A stretch of DNA of 36,416 nt from assembly GCA_050287845.1 (NCBI GenBank), contig JBNKCR010000058.1, forward strand, positions 1-36,416, read 5' to 3'. Positions 1 to 9,495 of the stretch are shown piece by piece; position 1 is the first letter of the stretch; each line of letters begins with the position of its first letter. The notes under the pieces are model-generated. The model did not search any database and was not told where the DNA came from. It saw nothing but the letters and a program-made list of their open reading frames with translations. The position numbers and the translations under genes were made by a program. This DNA comes from Polyangia bacterium (GTDB lineage: Bacteria; Myxococcota_A; Polyangia; JAAYKL01).

Positions 1-1
1 A

Positions 2-226
2 ATTCTGGTGGGCGGCCCCAATGAATTCGAAGGCTGGAGTTATTCCCGTTACGCCGGCAAATGCTACGCCGACACCAACACCGACTGGCGCGTCTCCAAC
101 CACCGCATCGACACCAACGCCACCCTGGTATTCACGCTCGCTCTGGTGAATGCTACAAGTTCGTTTCTTCACAATCGCAATAAATGCTTTCATTTTATTC
201 AAAAACCACATACGAATACGAAATAA
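2..226 (+). CDS. 3' end (partial) of a glycoside hydrolase family 9-like gene
   Basis: Frame open from the window edge reads ILVGGPNEFEGWSYSRYAGKCYADTNTDWRVSNHRIDTNATLVFTLA. This matches the GH9 C-terminal pattern LVGGPN...KCYxD-x4-Y/W-x2-NExAIxxNAxLVFxLA, but with Asn at the catalytic Glu position. Confidence 0.6.
   Translation: MLVGGPNEFEGWSYSRYAGKCYADTNTDWRVSNHRIDTNATLVFTLALVNATSSFLHNRNKCFHFIQKPHTNTK
21..153 (+). repeat. 133-bp direct repeat, copy 1 (GH9-like 3' segment)
   Basis: Matches 2741-2873 with 5 mismatches by eye, all transitions. Confidence 0.95.
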
Positions 227-282
227 CACTATTAAATAAATTAATTATCTGCACCAATCGCAGGAAATGAGAAGGGATTTCT

Positions 283-840
283 ATGAAGCATTCGATTCAA
301 ATATTTGCTATCTGGCTACTAGCAGGAATAATGGGTACTGGATGTGCGGAAGATAGTGACGACTCCAGCGTATCTGCCGAAACCATGGCTGAGGTGAATC
401 AGAAACTGAACAGTTTCCAGACAAACATCAACACGCAAGCCGCTTCACTGTGCGGAATTTCACCAGAGGATGCCACGTCCACTGACGACGCCTGTTATCT
501 GGAGCTGTCTGTATCCTTCAGCAAGTGCCAAAGGGAGGGACTGGCAACTGCCAGTACCGAGCTGGACGCACTACTGAAATGCTGGCAAACAGATAACACC
601 GCGCTGACTGACTGCTGCGCAGACACGGACGGTCATTGCTCCTACAGCACCATTGAATCGTGCTATGCCACACTGTGGGGTGGGGACACATTTTCCGGAG
701 ACTGCGAACTGCCCAATGATGCCGAGATTCAGAATACCATTCAAAACTGCGAGCAGAACAACACCGATGCATCCGGATCATGTGGACAGGCTGAAGGCGA
801 TACGAATTGTTCGCCCGGCGGAAAAGAAGAATCCCAATGA
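283..840 (+). CDS. Hypothetical Cys-rich acidic lipoprotein
   Basis: RBS-like gaaggga, hydrophobic N-terminus with lipobox MGTG-C, many Cys/Asp/Ser residues. No family recognised. Confidence 0.8.
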   Translation: MKHSIQIFAIWLLAGIMGTGCAEDSDDSSVSAETMAEVNQKLNSFQTNINTQAASLCGISPEDATSTDDACYLELSVSFSKCQREGLATASTELDALLKCWQTDNTALTDCCADTDGHCSYSTIESCYATLWGGDTFSGDCELPNDAEIQNTIQNCEQNNTDASGSCGQAEGDTNCSPGGKEESQ

Positions 841-1075
841 AGTTTTGTGAATTTCCGCCAACTATACAGCATTGGAAAAAACCTTTTCTGATTTTTTTTC
901 CCGTAACAAGCATAGATTGCCGATAAAAATAGAGTCCCTTGGGGGGCTTCCGATTTCACTTTGGTTCAAGTTGTCAACTGCGTGAACTCTATCAGCCAGA
1001 CGAAATTAAGCTATATGAAAGATTGACCGAAGCGCAATCGGGGTTATTGCAAACATTCAAAAGGAGACCAGTAAA

Positions 1076-1987
1076 TTGAGACCAATACAGGCCATTGGAA
1101 AAGCATTCAGAACATTCAATTTTATGCCCTGGCACCGATCAATATCCAAGTCAGTCAATCAGCATTTCGTTACGAAATTCACTGATTCTGCTATCGCTTC
1201 GATGCGACTGAACTACAGGATGGAGGTAAACCTGACGACCCATACGCAGGTATATGCGTTTTACAGCGGTTTATATGATAATGCGTTCATTGAGAGGCTT
1301 CAACGTCTGATGATTCCCGATTGTTGCGTTGTTGATGCTGGAGCCAATATTGGATTTTACACAGTTCCACTGACAATGCAGGCTACTCAATTGGGAGGCC
1401 AGGTCCATGCTTTTGAACCGCTGAAGGATAATTACGAACGCATCTTGAGCAATCTGAAACTCAACAATATTTCAGAGCGCGCAATCGTAAATCACTGTGG
1501 CCTGTCGTCACAGTGCACCACCACCAAACTGGTGCTGAGAGAAGATTTTACAAAGGGTTCAAATACCGGAAATGCGTCAATCATCATCGAAGATGGAACG
1601 GATGAACAATTCAATCAGGTCGAGATCGAATTGACAACACTGGACCACTATTTCAAAACGCAAAACCTCAATCGGCTGGATCTGATTAAAGCCGACGTAG
1701 AGGGCCATGAAGATTTTCTACTCGAAGGGGGGAAAGAAACGATTCAAAAATTTCGCCCGGTAATTTTTATGGAGGTGAACAAAACCTACTTTACCAGACG
1801 AAATATTGACCTGATGCAGCGATTGAATGAATTGCTGCCTGACGCATATTCTATTTTAAGAAGCAAGGAGGGCAGAGGTTTGAAGTGGAACCCAATATCC
1901 ACCTTGGATCAATGCAATAGATTGGACAATGTTTTCCTGACACCTGACGAAAAAATGAAAGACATTTTAGAACTATTGAATGCATAG
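1076..1987 (+). CDS. FkbM-family SAM-dependent methyltransferase
   Basis: Motifs VVDAGANIGFYT, VHAFEP and LIKADVEGHE; aaggag RBS before the TTG start. Confidence 0.9.
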   Translation: MRPIQAIGKAFRTFNFMPWHRSISKSVNQHFVTKFTDSAIASMRLNYRMEVNLTTHTQVYAFYSGLYDNAFIERLQRLMIPDCCVVDAGANIGFYTVPLTMQATQLGGQVHAFEPLKDNYERILSNLKLNNISERAIVNHCGLSSQCTTTKLVLREDFTKGSNTGNASIIIEDGTDEQFNQVEIELTTLDHYFKTQNLNRLDLIKADVEGHEDFLLEGGKETIQKFRPVIFMEVNKTYFTRRNIDLMQRLNELLPDAYSILRSKEGRGLKWNPISTLDQCNRLDNVFLTPDEKMKDILELLNA

Positions 1988-2143
1988 GACGTTTATAAAA
2001 AAAAGCTCGAAGTGTGTAATATCTCCTGCACAAACACATCGCTTACCCAGAAAAGTTTTCCGGTCATTCCATGTGGATTTTTCTTGCAGTTTCATTGCGA
2101 ATCGCGGTTAAAGTGGATGCTTCACTCGTTGAAAGGAACTCCT

Positions 2144-2744
2144 GTGAATAGCAAGAAATCGCCCTTTGTATCGGTTGTTATTCGTTCATACAACCGCATG
2201 GAATCGATGATCGAACTGGCGAGAATCTGCCAGGCGCAGGACTACAACAATTTTGAAATTCTTGTCATTGAACAAAGCGATGACGCATTGAGGAAAAAAT
2301 ATCAACAGGAGTTTGCGGTTCTCCTGGAGGACCAGCGGATGAACATCCTATATTTCGGCAGAGTGGGTCCGGCCGGTGCGAGGAATAAAGCGGTCTCCCA
2401 TGCTCGGGGAGAAATACTCATTTTTATCGATGATGATGACATTCCGGCAGACACCAACTGGATTAAAAATCATGTTAAAAATTTTCATGACCCCCAATGT
2501 GTCGCAGTAATAGGTCGCGAGTTTGTGGAAGGCGACGAAAACCCGTCCAGACATAATACAAAAAAACTTTCGGCTCTGCTTGCGCTACTCTTTTTTGAAA
2601 ATGCCCCGTGCACGCACCAAACACACCCGGCGCTTAACAGGTGTTGCGGCGTTGCAGGGCTGCAACACCGCGATCCGAAAAGAGGTGATTGAACGCGTCG
2701 GCGGCTGGGATGAAGACGTGGAATGCCACGAAGAAAACTCATGA
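2144..2744 (+). pseudogene. Frameshifted, truncated GT2 glycosyltransferase (paralog of 3252-4226)
   Basis: Motifs VSVVIRSYNR, GARN and FIDDDD. A 2-nt shortfall in the A run at ~2560-2566 relative to the paralog shifts the frame. Homology stops after CHEENS, where the GH9 repeat begins. Confidence 0.9.
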
Positions 2745-2873
2745 ATTTGAAGGCTGGAGTTATTCCCGTTACGCCGGTAAATGCTACGCCGACACCAACA
2801 CCGGCTGGCGCGTCTCCAACCACCGCATCGGCACCAACGCCACCCTGGTATTCACGCTCGCCCTGGTGAATGC
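2741..2873 (+). repeat. 133-bp direct repeat, copy 2 (GH9-like 3' segment ending LALVNACR*)
   Basis: Near-identical to 21-153; followed by an in-frame stop at 2881-2883. Confidence 0.95.
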
Positions 2874-2995
2874 CTGCAGGTAACCCGCTGTAAGTGGCGC
2901 ATCACATCAGAAAAGAATTCCAAACCGATTGTTTTCCGGATTTTGCCTTATCTCGTCATATTTTTGTTGCGAATCAATTGCAAATCGCGGTTTAA

Positions 2996-3080
2996 AACGG
3001 AGCTTCCCCTGCACGGTGGACGCAATAGTTTCTGTAACTGACTGTAATTATGCCTGTTTACGTTCTAAGGGAAGTTTTTT
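2996..3080 (+). repeat. 85-bp hairpin element with 3' T-tract, copy A
   Basis: 77/85 identical to 19492-19576. Ends agcttccc / gggaagtt pair and are followed by a T run. Confidence 0.9.
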
Positions 3081-3148
3081 CTCAGGTAATAGCTGCTGAA
3101 ATATGCATTTTATTGTGGCTACACAATTGCGATAATATCAAATTTCAC

Positions 3149-3176
3149 TTGAATATTTCCAATAATTTAGTATAAT
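3149..3176 (+). promoter_or_regulatory. Putative sigma70 promoter of GT2
   Basis: TTGAAT-16 nt-TATAAT about 75 nt upstream of the start. A weaker sigma54-like TGGC-N7-TTGC (TGGCTACACAATTGC) lies at 3116-3130. Confidence 0.55.
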
Positions 3177-3251
3177 TTATTACATTTTCCAACCTGTCGC
3201 CGGGGGAAGATCCGTTAAAGAGGATTTCCTGATTCTCTGAAAGGAATGCAT

Positions 3252-4226
3252 GTGAGTTGTGAAAAAACGCCGTTTGTATCTATCATAATCCGTTCCCATA
3301 ATCGACTTGAATCCATGATCGAACTGGCGCAGATGTGCCAGAAACAGGACTACGAACCTTTCGAAATTCTGATCATCGAACAAAGTGATGAATCGTTGAG
3401 AGATAAATTTCAACGGGAACTTGCCTCCCTTTCAACGGATACGCGGGTAAAGATTCTGTATTATGGAAGACTGGGCCCGGCTGGCGCCCGAAATGTGGCT
3501 GTCACCCATGCGGCGGGTGAGATTCTTATTTTTATCGACGATGACGACATTCCCGCAGATACCCAATGGATAAAAAATCACGTTAAAAATTTTCAGAACC
3601 CCAATTGCGTCGCGGTGACAGGTCGGGAATTTGTGGAAGGGGAAGCAGACCCCTCCAAACACAATACGAAAAAGAACTTTCGGCTCTGCTTATGCTACTC
3701 TTTTTTGAAAATGCCCCGTGCGCGAACCAAACACACCCGGCGCTTAACAGGTGTTACAGCGTTGCAGGGCGGCAACACCGCTATCCGAAAAGAAGTGATT
3801 GAACGTGTCGGCGGCTGGGATGAAGATGTGGAATGCCACGAAGAAAACTCTTTTGATTTCAAATTTCACGCCCGTAAAAAAACCGGCGAATATTATGTCT
3901 ATGAACCGGATGCTACGATGATAAGACGCCTTGAAATTGATGGCGGTCTGGGCAGACGCCAGTCGACAACCGCTTCGATTCTGAAAGGCGAGTATTTATA
4001 TTCCTTCAAAATTCTAAAACGATATTTTCCGTTTCGTTTTTATATGTTTATCGGTATTTACGCCTTTCTGGTGGTTCAGAGAACATATGTTTACATGAGA
4101 AAGAACCAGCCTTCCCTTTCCAGAAAGAATATTTTACTCGACATGTTCAGGGTTATCACAGGAACAAATGAGGAACACCGATATGCTCACTTTTCTCGAG
4201 TGAAAACAGGACTCATCGAACGCTGA
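3252..4226 (+). CDS. Glycosyltransferase family 2 protein
   Basis: Motifs VSIIIRSHNR, GARN, FIDDDD and IERVGGWDE. GTG start chosen by alignment with the paralog (gaaagga RBS); ATG 3246 is an alternative. Confidence 0.92.
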   Translation: MSCEKTPFVSIIIRSHNRLESMIELAQMCQKQDYEPFEILIIEQSDESLRDKFQRELASLSTDTRVKILYYGRLGPAGARNVAVTHAAGEILIFIDDDDIPADTQWIKNHVKNFQNPNCVAVTGREFVEGEADPSKHNTKKNFRLCLCYSFLKMPRARTKHTRRLTGVTALQGGNTAIRKEVIERVGGWDEDVECHEENSFDFKFHARKKTGEYYVYEPDATMIRRLEIDGGLGRRQSTTASILKGEYLYSFKILKRYFPFRFYMFIGIYAFLVVQRTYVYMRKNQPSLSRKNILLDMFRVITGTNEEHRYAHFSRVKTGLIER

Positions 4227-4407
4227 AGTGTCGCCACCAACAGAAGCAACCGACCATCCAAACGACTAAAAAAAACAGCGCGTACCTGATGTTTGTTGTT
4301 CTTAAAGAGAGACCACTTCCACTGGTATCCCCGGTTCGCAGCGAATTTTTTTATTTGCTTTTTGATTTTTCCGGGGGTAGATAAAAAAAAGAAAGGGATT
4401 TTAACTC

Positions 4408-4488
4408 GTGAATAAATATTTCACCCATCTTCCAACCATTATGTTCTGGGCCGTGTGTGTCCGGACCCGGGAGCGGTGTATGAGTTAA
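4408..4488 (+). CDS. Putative leader peptide (uORF) MNKYFTHLPTIMFWAVCVRTRERCMS
   Basis: GTG start after gaaaggga; ends 23 nt before a terminator stem; its 3' codons are complementary to the terminator 5' arm. Confidence 0.45.
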   Translation: MNKYFTHLPTIMFWAVCVRTRERCMS

Positions 4489-4511
4489 ACAGGCAGCTAT
4501 ATTTGCTTTTC

Positions 4512-4551
4512 AGACCCCGCTTTCGAAATACCGGAAGCGGGGTTTTTTTTT
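4512..4551 (+). terminator. Intrinsic terminator in the MATE leader (probable attenuator)
   Basis: 14-bp stem agaccccgctttcg / cggaagcggggttt with a 6-nt loop and a T9 run, 35 nt before the MATE start. Confidence 0.85.
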
Positions 4552-4586
4552 GCCTGCGTCAATTGCAGGCCACAGGACGGTGTGTG

Positions 4587-5939
4587 ATGTTGAACAGAAG
4601 AAAATGGAAGGAATTGTTGTTGCTGGCCTATCCGGTGGTCATCTCCAAGTTGTCGTTCACCCTGATGGGAATTGTGGACACGGCCATGGTGGGTCATCTG
4701 AGTGCGGACGAACAGGCAGCGGCGGGATTCGCTGTGGTGTATCTGTTCACCCTGTATGTGTTCGGGCTGGGATTGATTACCAGTGTCAACACTCTGGTAT
4801 CCCAGAACGAGGGCGCCAGCCGCCCCGAAAAATGTCGGGAGGTGCTGAACAACGGACTCTTTCTCGCCATTCTGATGGGTGGAATCACCTGGGTTGGCAT
4901 TCTGTTGTCGAAACCGGTCTTCAGTGCCATGGGACTGAATAAAGACCTCTGCGACCACGCGTACACGTATCTCTTTTATCGGAGTTTCGGCATTCTCGGC
5001 GTGTTTGGATACTGGGTGTACAACAGTTTTTACGAAGGTATCGGAAAAACCCGCATGCCCATGGTGATTACCCTGGCGGCCAATGGACTGAATATCGTTC
5101 TGGACTACGGTCTTATATTTGGTATTGGCCCCATTGCCGCCCTGGGGTTGAAGGGCGCGGGACTGGCCACCGCATTGTGCAACCTGTTCATGTTTGCCAC
5201 CATCGCCGTATTGTTTCACCGCGACCGACAAATCAGTGAGCGGTACAAACGCCGGGAAAATACGGGCATCCTGAACCTTTCGGTCCAGAAGACCATGATT
5301 CGCCTGGGACTCCCCATGGGCGCACAGATGTTTCTGGAAGTAGGTGCGTTTCTGGCGTTCACCACCATTGCCGGGTGGGCGGGCAACCTGGAACTGGCCG
5401 CCAGCCAGATTGCCATGCGGATTATGAGCGTCACGTTCATGACGGCATGGGGAATTTCCATTGCCACCACCACCCTGGTGGGACGACATCAGGGGGAGGA
5501 ACGCAGCGATTTGGCGACCAACGCCGTAAAGCGATCACTGCTCCTCACCGGTGCATGGGGATTGCTGGTTGCGACCATCATGATACTCGGCAAACACTTT
5601 CTCATCCCCCTGTTCACACCGTTTGCGGATGTGCAGGAAACCACCATGGCCATTATCGGGGTGGCGTCGTGCTTTGCGGTATTCGACAGCATCAATCTGG
5701 TCAGCTACGGAGCCCTGCGCGGCGCCGGTGATACGGTCTGGCCGCTATACAACGTGGCCATCATGCATTGGCTGGTGGGTATTCCGCTGGTGTACTGGCT
5801 GACCATTCCCCATGGTCTGGGCGCCTATGGCAATTGGCTGGGAATGGCCATCATGATGGCAGTTCAGGCAGCGCTGATGATGGCCCGGGTAAAAAGCGGC
5901 AAATGGAAGGTCATCAAACTGATCACCGGAACCGCCTGA
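4587..5939 (+). CDS. MATE family efflux transporter (NorM-like)
   Basis: About 12 hydrophobic segments with motifs MGIVDTAMVGHL, LNIVLDYGLIFG, GAGLAT and GALRGAGDT. Start reassigned to ATG 4587 (aggacgg RBS). Confidence 0.93.
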   Translation: MLNRRKWKELLLLAYPVVISKLSFTLMGIVDTAMVGHLSADEQAAAGFAVVYLFTLYVFGLGLITSVNTLVSQNEGASRPEKCREVLNNGLFLAILMGGITWVGILLSKPVFSAMGLNKDLCDHAYTYLFYRSFGILGVFGYWVYNSFYEGIGKTRMPMVITLAANGLNIVLDYGLIFGIGPIAALGLKGAGLATALCNLFMFATIAVLFHRDRQISERYKRRENTGILNLSVQKTMIRLGLPMGAQMFLEVGAFLAFTTIAGWAGNLELAASQIAMRIMSVTFMTAWGISIATTTLVGRHQGEERSDLATNAVKRSLLLTGAWGLLVATIMILGKHFLIPLFTPFADVQETTMAIIGVASCFAVFDSINLVSYGALRGAGDTVWPLYNVAIMHWLVGIPLVYWLTIPHGLGAYGNWLGMAIMMAVQAALMMARVKSGKWKVIKLITGTA

Positions 5940-5947
5940 TGGCCAAC

Positions 5948-6424
5948 TCAATTCCAGGCACAGTCGCCATTTCCGCATACATATGCATTTCCGGAAGGAC
6001 ATGATTGCGGCGGTACTCCGCCCGAACAGGTGATATTGCAGCCAAAGCAGTTCACCTTGCAGCTGCCAGTGCATTCAATATCGCACGAACCGAAGTTGCT
6101 GCACGATGCCACACTGCCGTCGCCCACCGTTGCGCGACAGCTGCCCACTGAATGACAGTCAAGGCGACAGTTTCTATCGCAATGATGCCAGCAGGTGGTG
6201 GCATCCACGCATTCCACCAGACAACTGTCATCGCACCACGTCTCGCAGATGTTGGCCGAGCCGCAATCCATGAAGCACCCGTCTTCGTCACCGCAATCCA
6301 TGGGACACTCGGGGGTATTGCCGCATCCGCAATAGTCATGATGACAGAACGGAGAGTCCCGGTGGCACGATATTGCAAGTACGGTGAGAGAACAGAAAAA
6401 CACGAAGGGAAAAAATCGTTTCAT
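5948..6424 (-). CDS. Cys-rich repeat lipoprotein
   Basis: Signal MKRFFPFVFFCSLTVLAIS-C; 27 Cys in the ~139-residue mature part, in CxxxC / Cx5C periodicity. Confidence 0.8.
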   Translation of the reverse strand: MKRFFPFVFFCSLTVLAISCHRDSPFCHHDYCGCGNTPECPMDCGDEDGCFMDCGSANICETWCDDSCLVECVDATTCWHHCDRNCRLDCHSVGSCRATVGDGSVASCSNFGSCDIECTGSCKVNCFGCNITCSGGVPPQSCPSGNAYVCGNGDCAWN

Positions 6425-6508
6425 TCTTCTGTACATATCATGGGATGGAAAGCGGAACAACCGGGACAGGGAGGAAGCGACTCGCGCCGGAAAATGGCAA
6501 AGATGGGA

Positions 6509-8200
6509 TTACCACCACATGGATGCGCCAAAGCTAATCACATGTTTGTCGCATTTCATCGCGCCGTTGGGGCCGTCCGAATTCCATGGGAAACCGGACA
6601 TCACGTGCTCACCAAGGGTATAGTATGAATACTGAATCGAAATAGATTCATGGGTAATGAACTTGCTCCTGAACTGCATGCGTCCGCTGTATTCGACGAA
6701 GCTGAGAGACGCGTCGTCCATATCGGGATTCACGAAGTCCAGGCGACCGCCGATACCCCACCAGGACAGCGGTGTCCACAGGGCATCAAATCCGTATTTC
6801 AGCTTCGCTTTCGCAGCAGTGAAAATGGGACTGTCCGACTTGATAAAATTGAGGATACCGAATGTTTTCAATACCACGTCTTTGTCCTGTCCCCAGAACT
6901 CTTTGGGATGCCACAGGAATTTGGCGAGGCTGAATTCATATTCCCAAGCGATACTGTCAATGGTACCCTTATTGTCACCCATATTGACGGGTTTAAAGGA
7001 AGAACCACCGCCGTAGGGGTCTATACTAGAGGGTTTAAAGAAATTATTGCTCCAGGACCAGCCACCCGAGGAGTGCAATGCTTCCAATGCACCAGCCAGA
7101 CGCAACGGGTTTTTCAGATCCGTGTGGGCATATCCCAGATATCCATTACCGAAGAAGAAATCTCTCAATCGGATATCAATTCCCATATTCATCACATGAG
7201 CATTCTTTTCGCTGCCAAAGTTCGGATTGAAATTGTCTTTGTCCATGCTGAACTCGTGCAGGAAGTGTGCACCGATGAACAGTTTATCATCATAAGAAAC
7301 ACCAATGTGCTCATGATGCAGAAAGGTATCCCCCATCTCCCAGTCACTGCCGCCATAGGGCGCCCACTGCGCCTGGGTCATCGGGTTGGGTACCACTGCA
7401 TCATCGTCGCTCGGATTGGTGACGACTTTGCCATTTATGTCCAGCAATTCAAACTGCACAAAACCGGGCACTTCTGTCTTTCCGCCGAATCCCTGCTCCA
7501 CGTGCAGTGTCAACTTGGGCGCAATGTCAAAATAAACGCGCATGTGCTCACCGGTCACTTTAGTGGCGCCAAACAGATAGGTATCGTAGGAGCCGGCATC
7601 ATACCGTCCAGCCGAACCGTAGCGGGCCGTAAATGCGCCCACGTTGACCACAAAACCACCCCGATCGGCGAAAAGCCCGGGAAAGTTCATGCTCACAAAC
7701 GCTTCGGAAATACCCAGCTGAGACGACAGTTTGGTATAGCTTCCGGTGGTGAGGTTATACGTGGCCAACGTAACGTTACCGGATATTTTTCTGTTTCCAT
7801 AGGTAAATTTGATTTCGGCCCATGGCCCACCGTGGGTGTTGGTGTATCGCCAATCCACATAGGTGGAATCCGGCATAACTGGCAGTGCATGCAAAGCGGT
7901 ATCACTCAGCCCTTCACCTTCCAGCGTTTCATTGCTGCCAATGCCAAAATTGAATGGCGCCCGCAGAAAACCGGTATAATAAAAGTTGTTCCGTTCATCG
8001 GCTTCCCCGCCGGCGCCGTCGAGAGAAATCGGGTTCACACCGTACGTCTTCACTGCCAACTCACTGGGATCCTGACCGAGACCGGGAGCGACCTTGGAGC
8101 GAGGCGCCACGAAATTCGCATCGAAGTCATCCTGGGCCATTACCATTGGCGACGCCAGAAACGACGACGCCAATATACTCATTAACAATTTTTTCATCAT
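6509..8200 (-). CDS. Secreted, probable outer-membrane beta-barrel protein
   Basis: Sec signal ending VMA-Q, aromatic/Gly-rich amphipathic strands, C-terminal aromatic residues (SFGASMWW), gaggt RBS. Confidence 0.7.
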   Translation of the reverse strand: MMKKLLMSILASSFLASPMVMAQDDFDANFVAPRSKVAPGLGQDPSELAVKTYGVNPISLDGAGGEADERNNFYYTGFLRAPFNFGIGSNETLEGEGLSDTALHALPVMPDSTYVDWRYTNTHGGPWAEIKFTYGNRKISGNVTLATYNLTTGSYTKLSSQLGISEAFVSMNFPGLFADRGGFVVNVGAFTARYGSAGRYDAGSYDTYLFGATKVTGEHMRVYFDIAPKLTLHVEQGFGGKTEVPGFVQFELLDINGKVVTNPSDDDAVVPNPMTQAQWAPYGGSDWEMGDTFLHHEHIGVSYDDKLFIGAHFLHEFSMDKDNFNPNFGSEKNAHVMNMGIDIRLRDFFFGNGYLGYAHTDLKNPLRLAGALEALHSSGGWSWSNNFFKPSSIDPYGGGSSFKPVNMGDNKGTIDSIAWEYEFSLAKFLWHPKEFWGQDKDVVLKTFGILNFIKSDSPIFTAAKAKLKYGFDALWTPLSWWGIGGRLDFVNPDMDDASLSFVEYSGRMQFRSKFITHESISIQYSYYTLGEHVMSGFPWNSDGPNGAMKCDKHVISFGASMWW

Positions 8201-8271
8201 ATCTTACCTCTAATCTGGAAAGTAGAAATCTCGAACGTCGAAATTCGATACAACCGCAGTCGACTTTACAT

Positions 8272-9129
8272 TTACTCAGCTGCAGTATCTTCGGCAGTTG
8301 CTTCTGCGTCCGGTTCTGCCGAAGTTTCGGCGGCAGCAGTATCTGCCTCCGCTGCGGGCTCTGGCGCTGCGGCCGGTGCTTCTTCTTTTTGAGGTGTCAG
8401 ATAACTCTCGTTGCATGCGCCGATGAAGCGGATATCATCAACCATCAGGTCGAACTTGATATTGGGAATTGTGGTCTGGAACTGAACCGAAATCAGAGAA
8501 CTCGGATCAATTTTGTCCGGACGGGGAGCCCCCCAGCCGGAACGCTGTTCCATCTCATTGAAATAAATCACATAACGAACCCACTGATCCGTGAGTTTTA
8601 CAGGCGCCCCGAAGTGATTGAAGCACTCTGTACAGATTTTACCTGCGGGATCGGTATTCACGTCGGCCACATTCAGTCGCATCACGCCAACGGCATCCGC
8701 GCTTCCCCGTTTGGCCAAAAAGGAAATACCGCTATATTTGGCTGCATCGTAGGTGCCGCCCTCTGCCGGAGACAGATTCATACCGAAACCGGCAAAAATA
8801 TCCCCACCGGATTTGGCTGTGGTGCCGCGGAACCGGGTAACATACTTACTGTCGCCAACACCGCCCGGGTACACACGAAAATCTCCCTGGGGAAATTCAA
8901 TTTCCGTGCCGAGGCCATCCTTGAACGTATAAATCCAGCCTCCACGCCCCTCAACTTCTTTCACTTTATTATTACTGTCTTCGAAGTCATCGAGAGTCGC
9001 TTTCATCTCACAGCTGGAAAGAGCTGGTGCATCCCCGTTTGAGTCTTTTTGCTCTGCGAAATATCCGCCGCAACCAGCAAAGAGACCACTGCCCAATAAT
9101 GCGATAATTACTTTTGAGAATGTCTTCAT
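8272..9129 (-). CDS. Lipoprotein with CBM11/CIA30-like carbohydrate-binding domain
   Basis: Lipobox LFAG-C; LDDFED start, YSGISFLAK, LTDQWVRYVIYF and DLMVDDIRF end; Ala/Glu/Pro tail. Confidence 0.75.
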   Translation of the reverse strand: MKTFSKVIIALLGSGLFAGCGGYFAEQKDSNGDAPALSSCEMKATLDDFEDSNNKVKEVEGRGGWIYTFKDGLGTEIEFPQGDFRVYPGGVGDSKYVTRFRGTTAKSGGDIFAGFGMNLSPAEGGTYDAAKYSGISFLAKRGSADAVGVMRLNVADVNTDPAGKICTECFNHFGAPVKLTDQWVRYVIYFNEMEQRSGWGAPRPDKIDPSSLISVQFQTTIPNIKFDLMVDDIRFIGACNESYLTPQKEEAPAAAPEPAAEADTAAAETSAEPDAEATAEDTAAE

Positions 9130-9495
9130 TTTAGTATCCGATTTCCTTGTGTTTTGGTTTTCTGGAAATTGTTAAAGATGAATTTTCGTTTTTGTACCCA
9201 AAATATCTTTTAAATACAACATCTAATAATCACAGATTACATCTAAACACGCACCAATTCCGGTTTTTCCGGTACTGGACTCCTGCAATTCTCCACAGAT
9301 CGAATCTGCGCGAGATTGAATCTACACGCTTTGTCCGGCCGAATCAAAGAACCTCGACGTTCTCGTTTCTCCGGTAACTGAACATTGAATTCGGTCTTGA
9401 GAATCGGTGTTCGAAGATAGGGTGGTCCCCCGATTTGAATTCGGCTCAAAGAAAAATGACACAGATCCGCAGATTTTGAACGGATCGTGGCAGAG

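Noticed and set aside
21..2873. 133-bp repeat pair as a DGR template/variable repeat
   Set aside because: Only 2 of 5 mismatches involve adenine (the others are C/T), and no reverse transcriptase is in the window.
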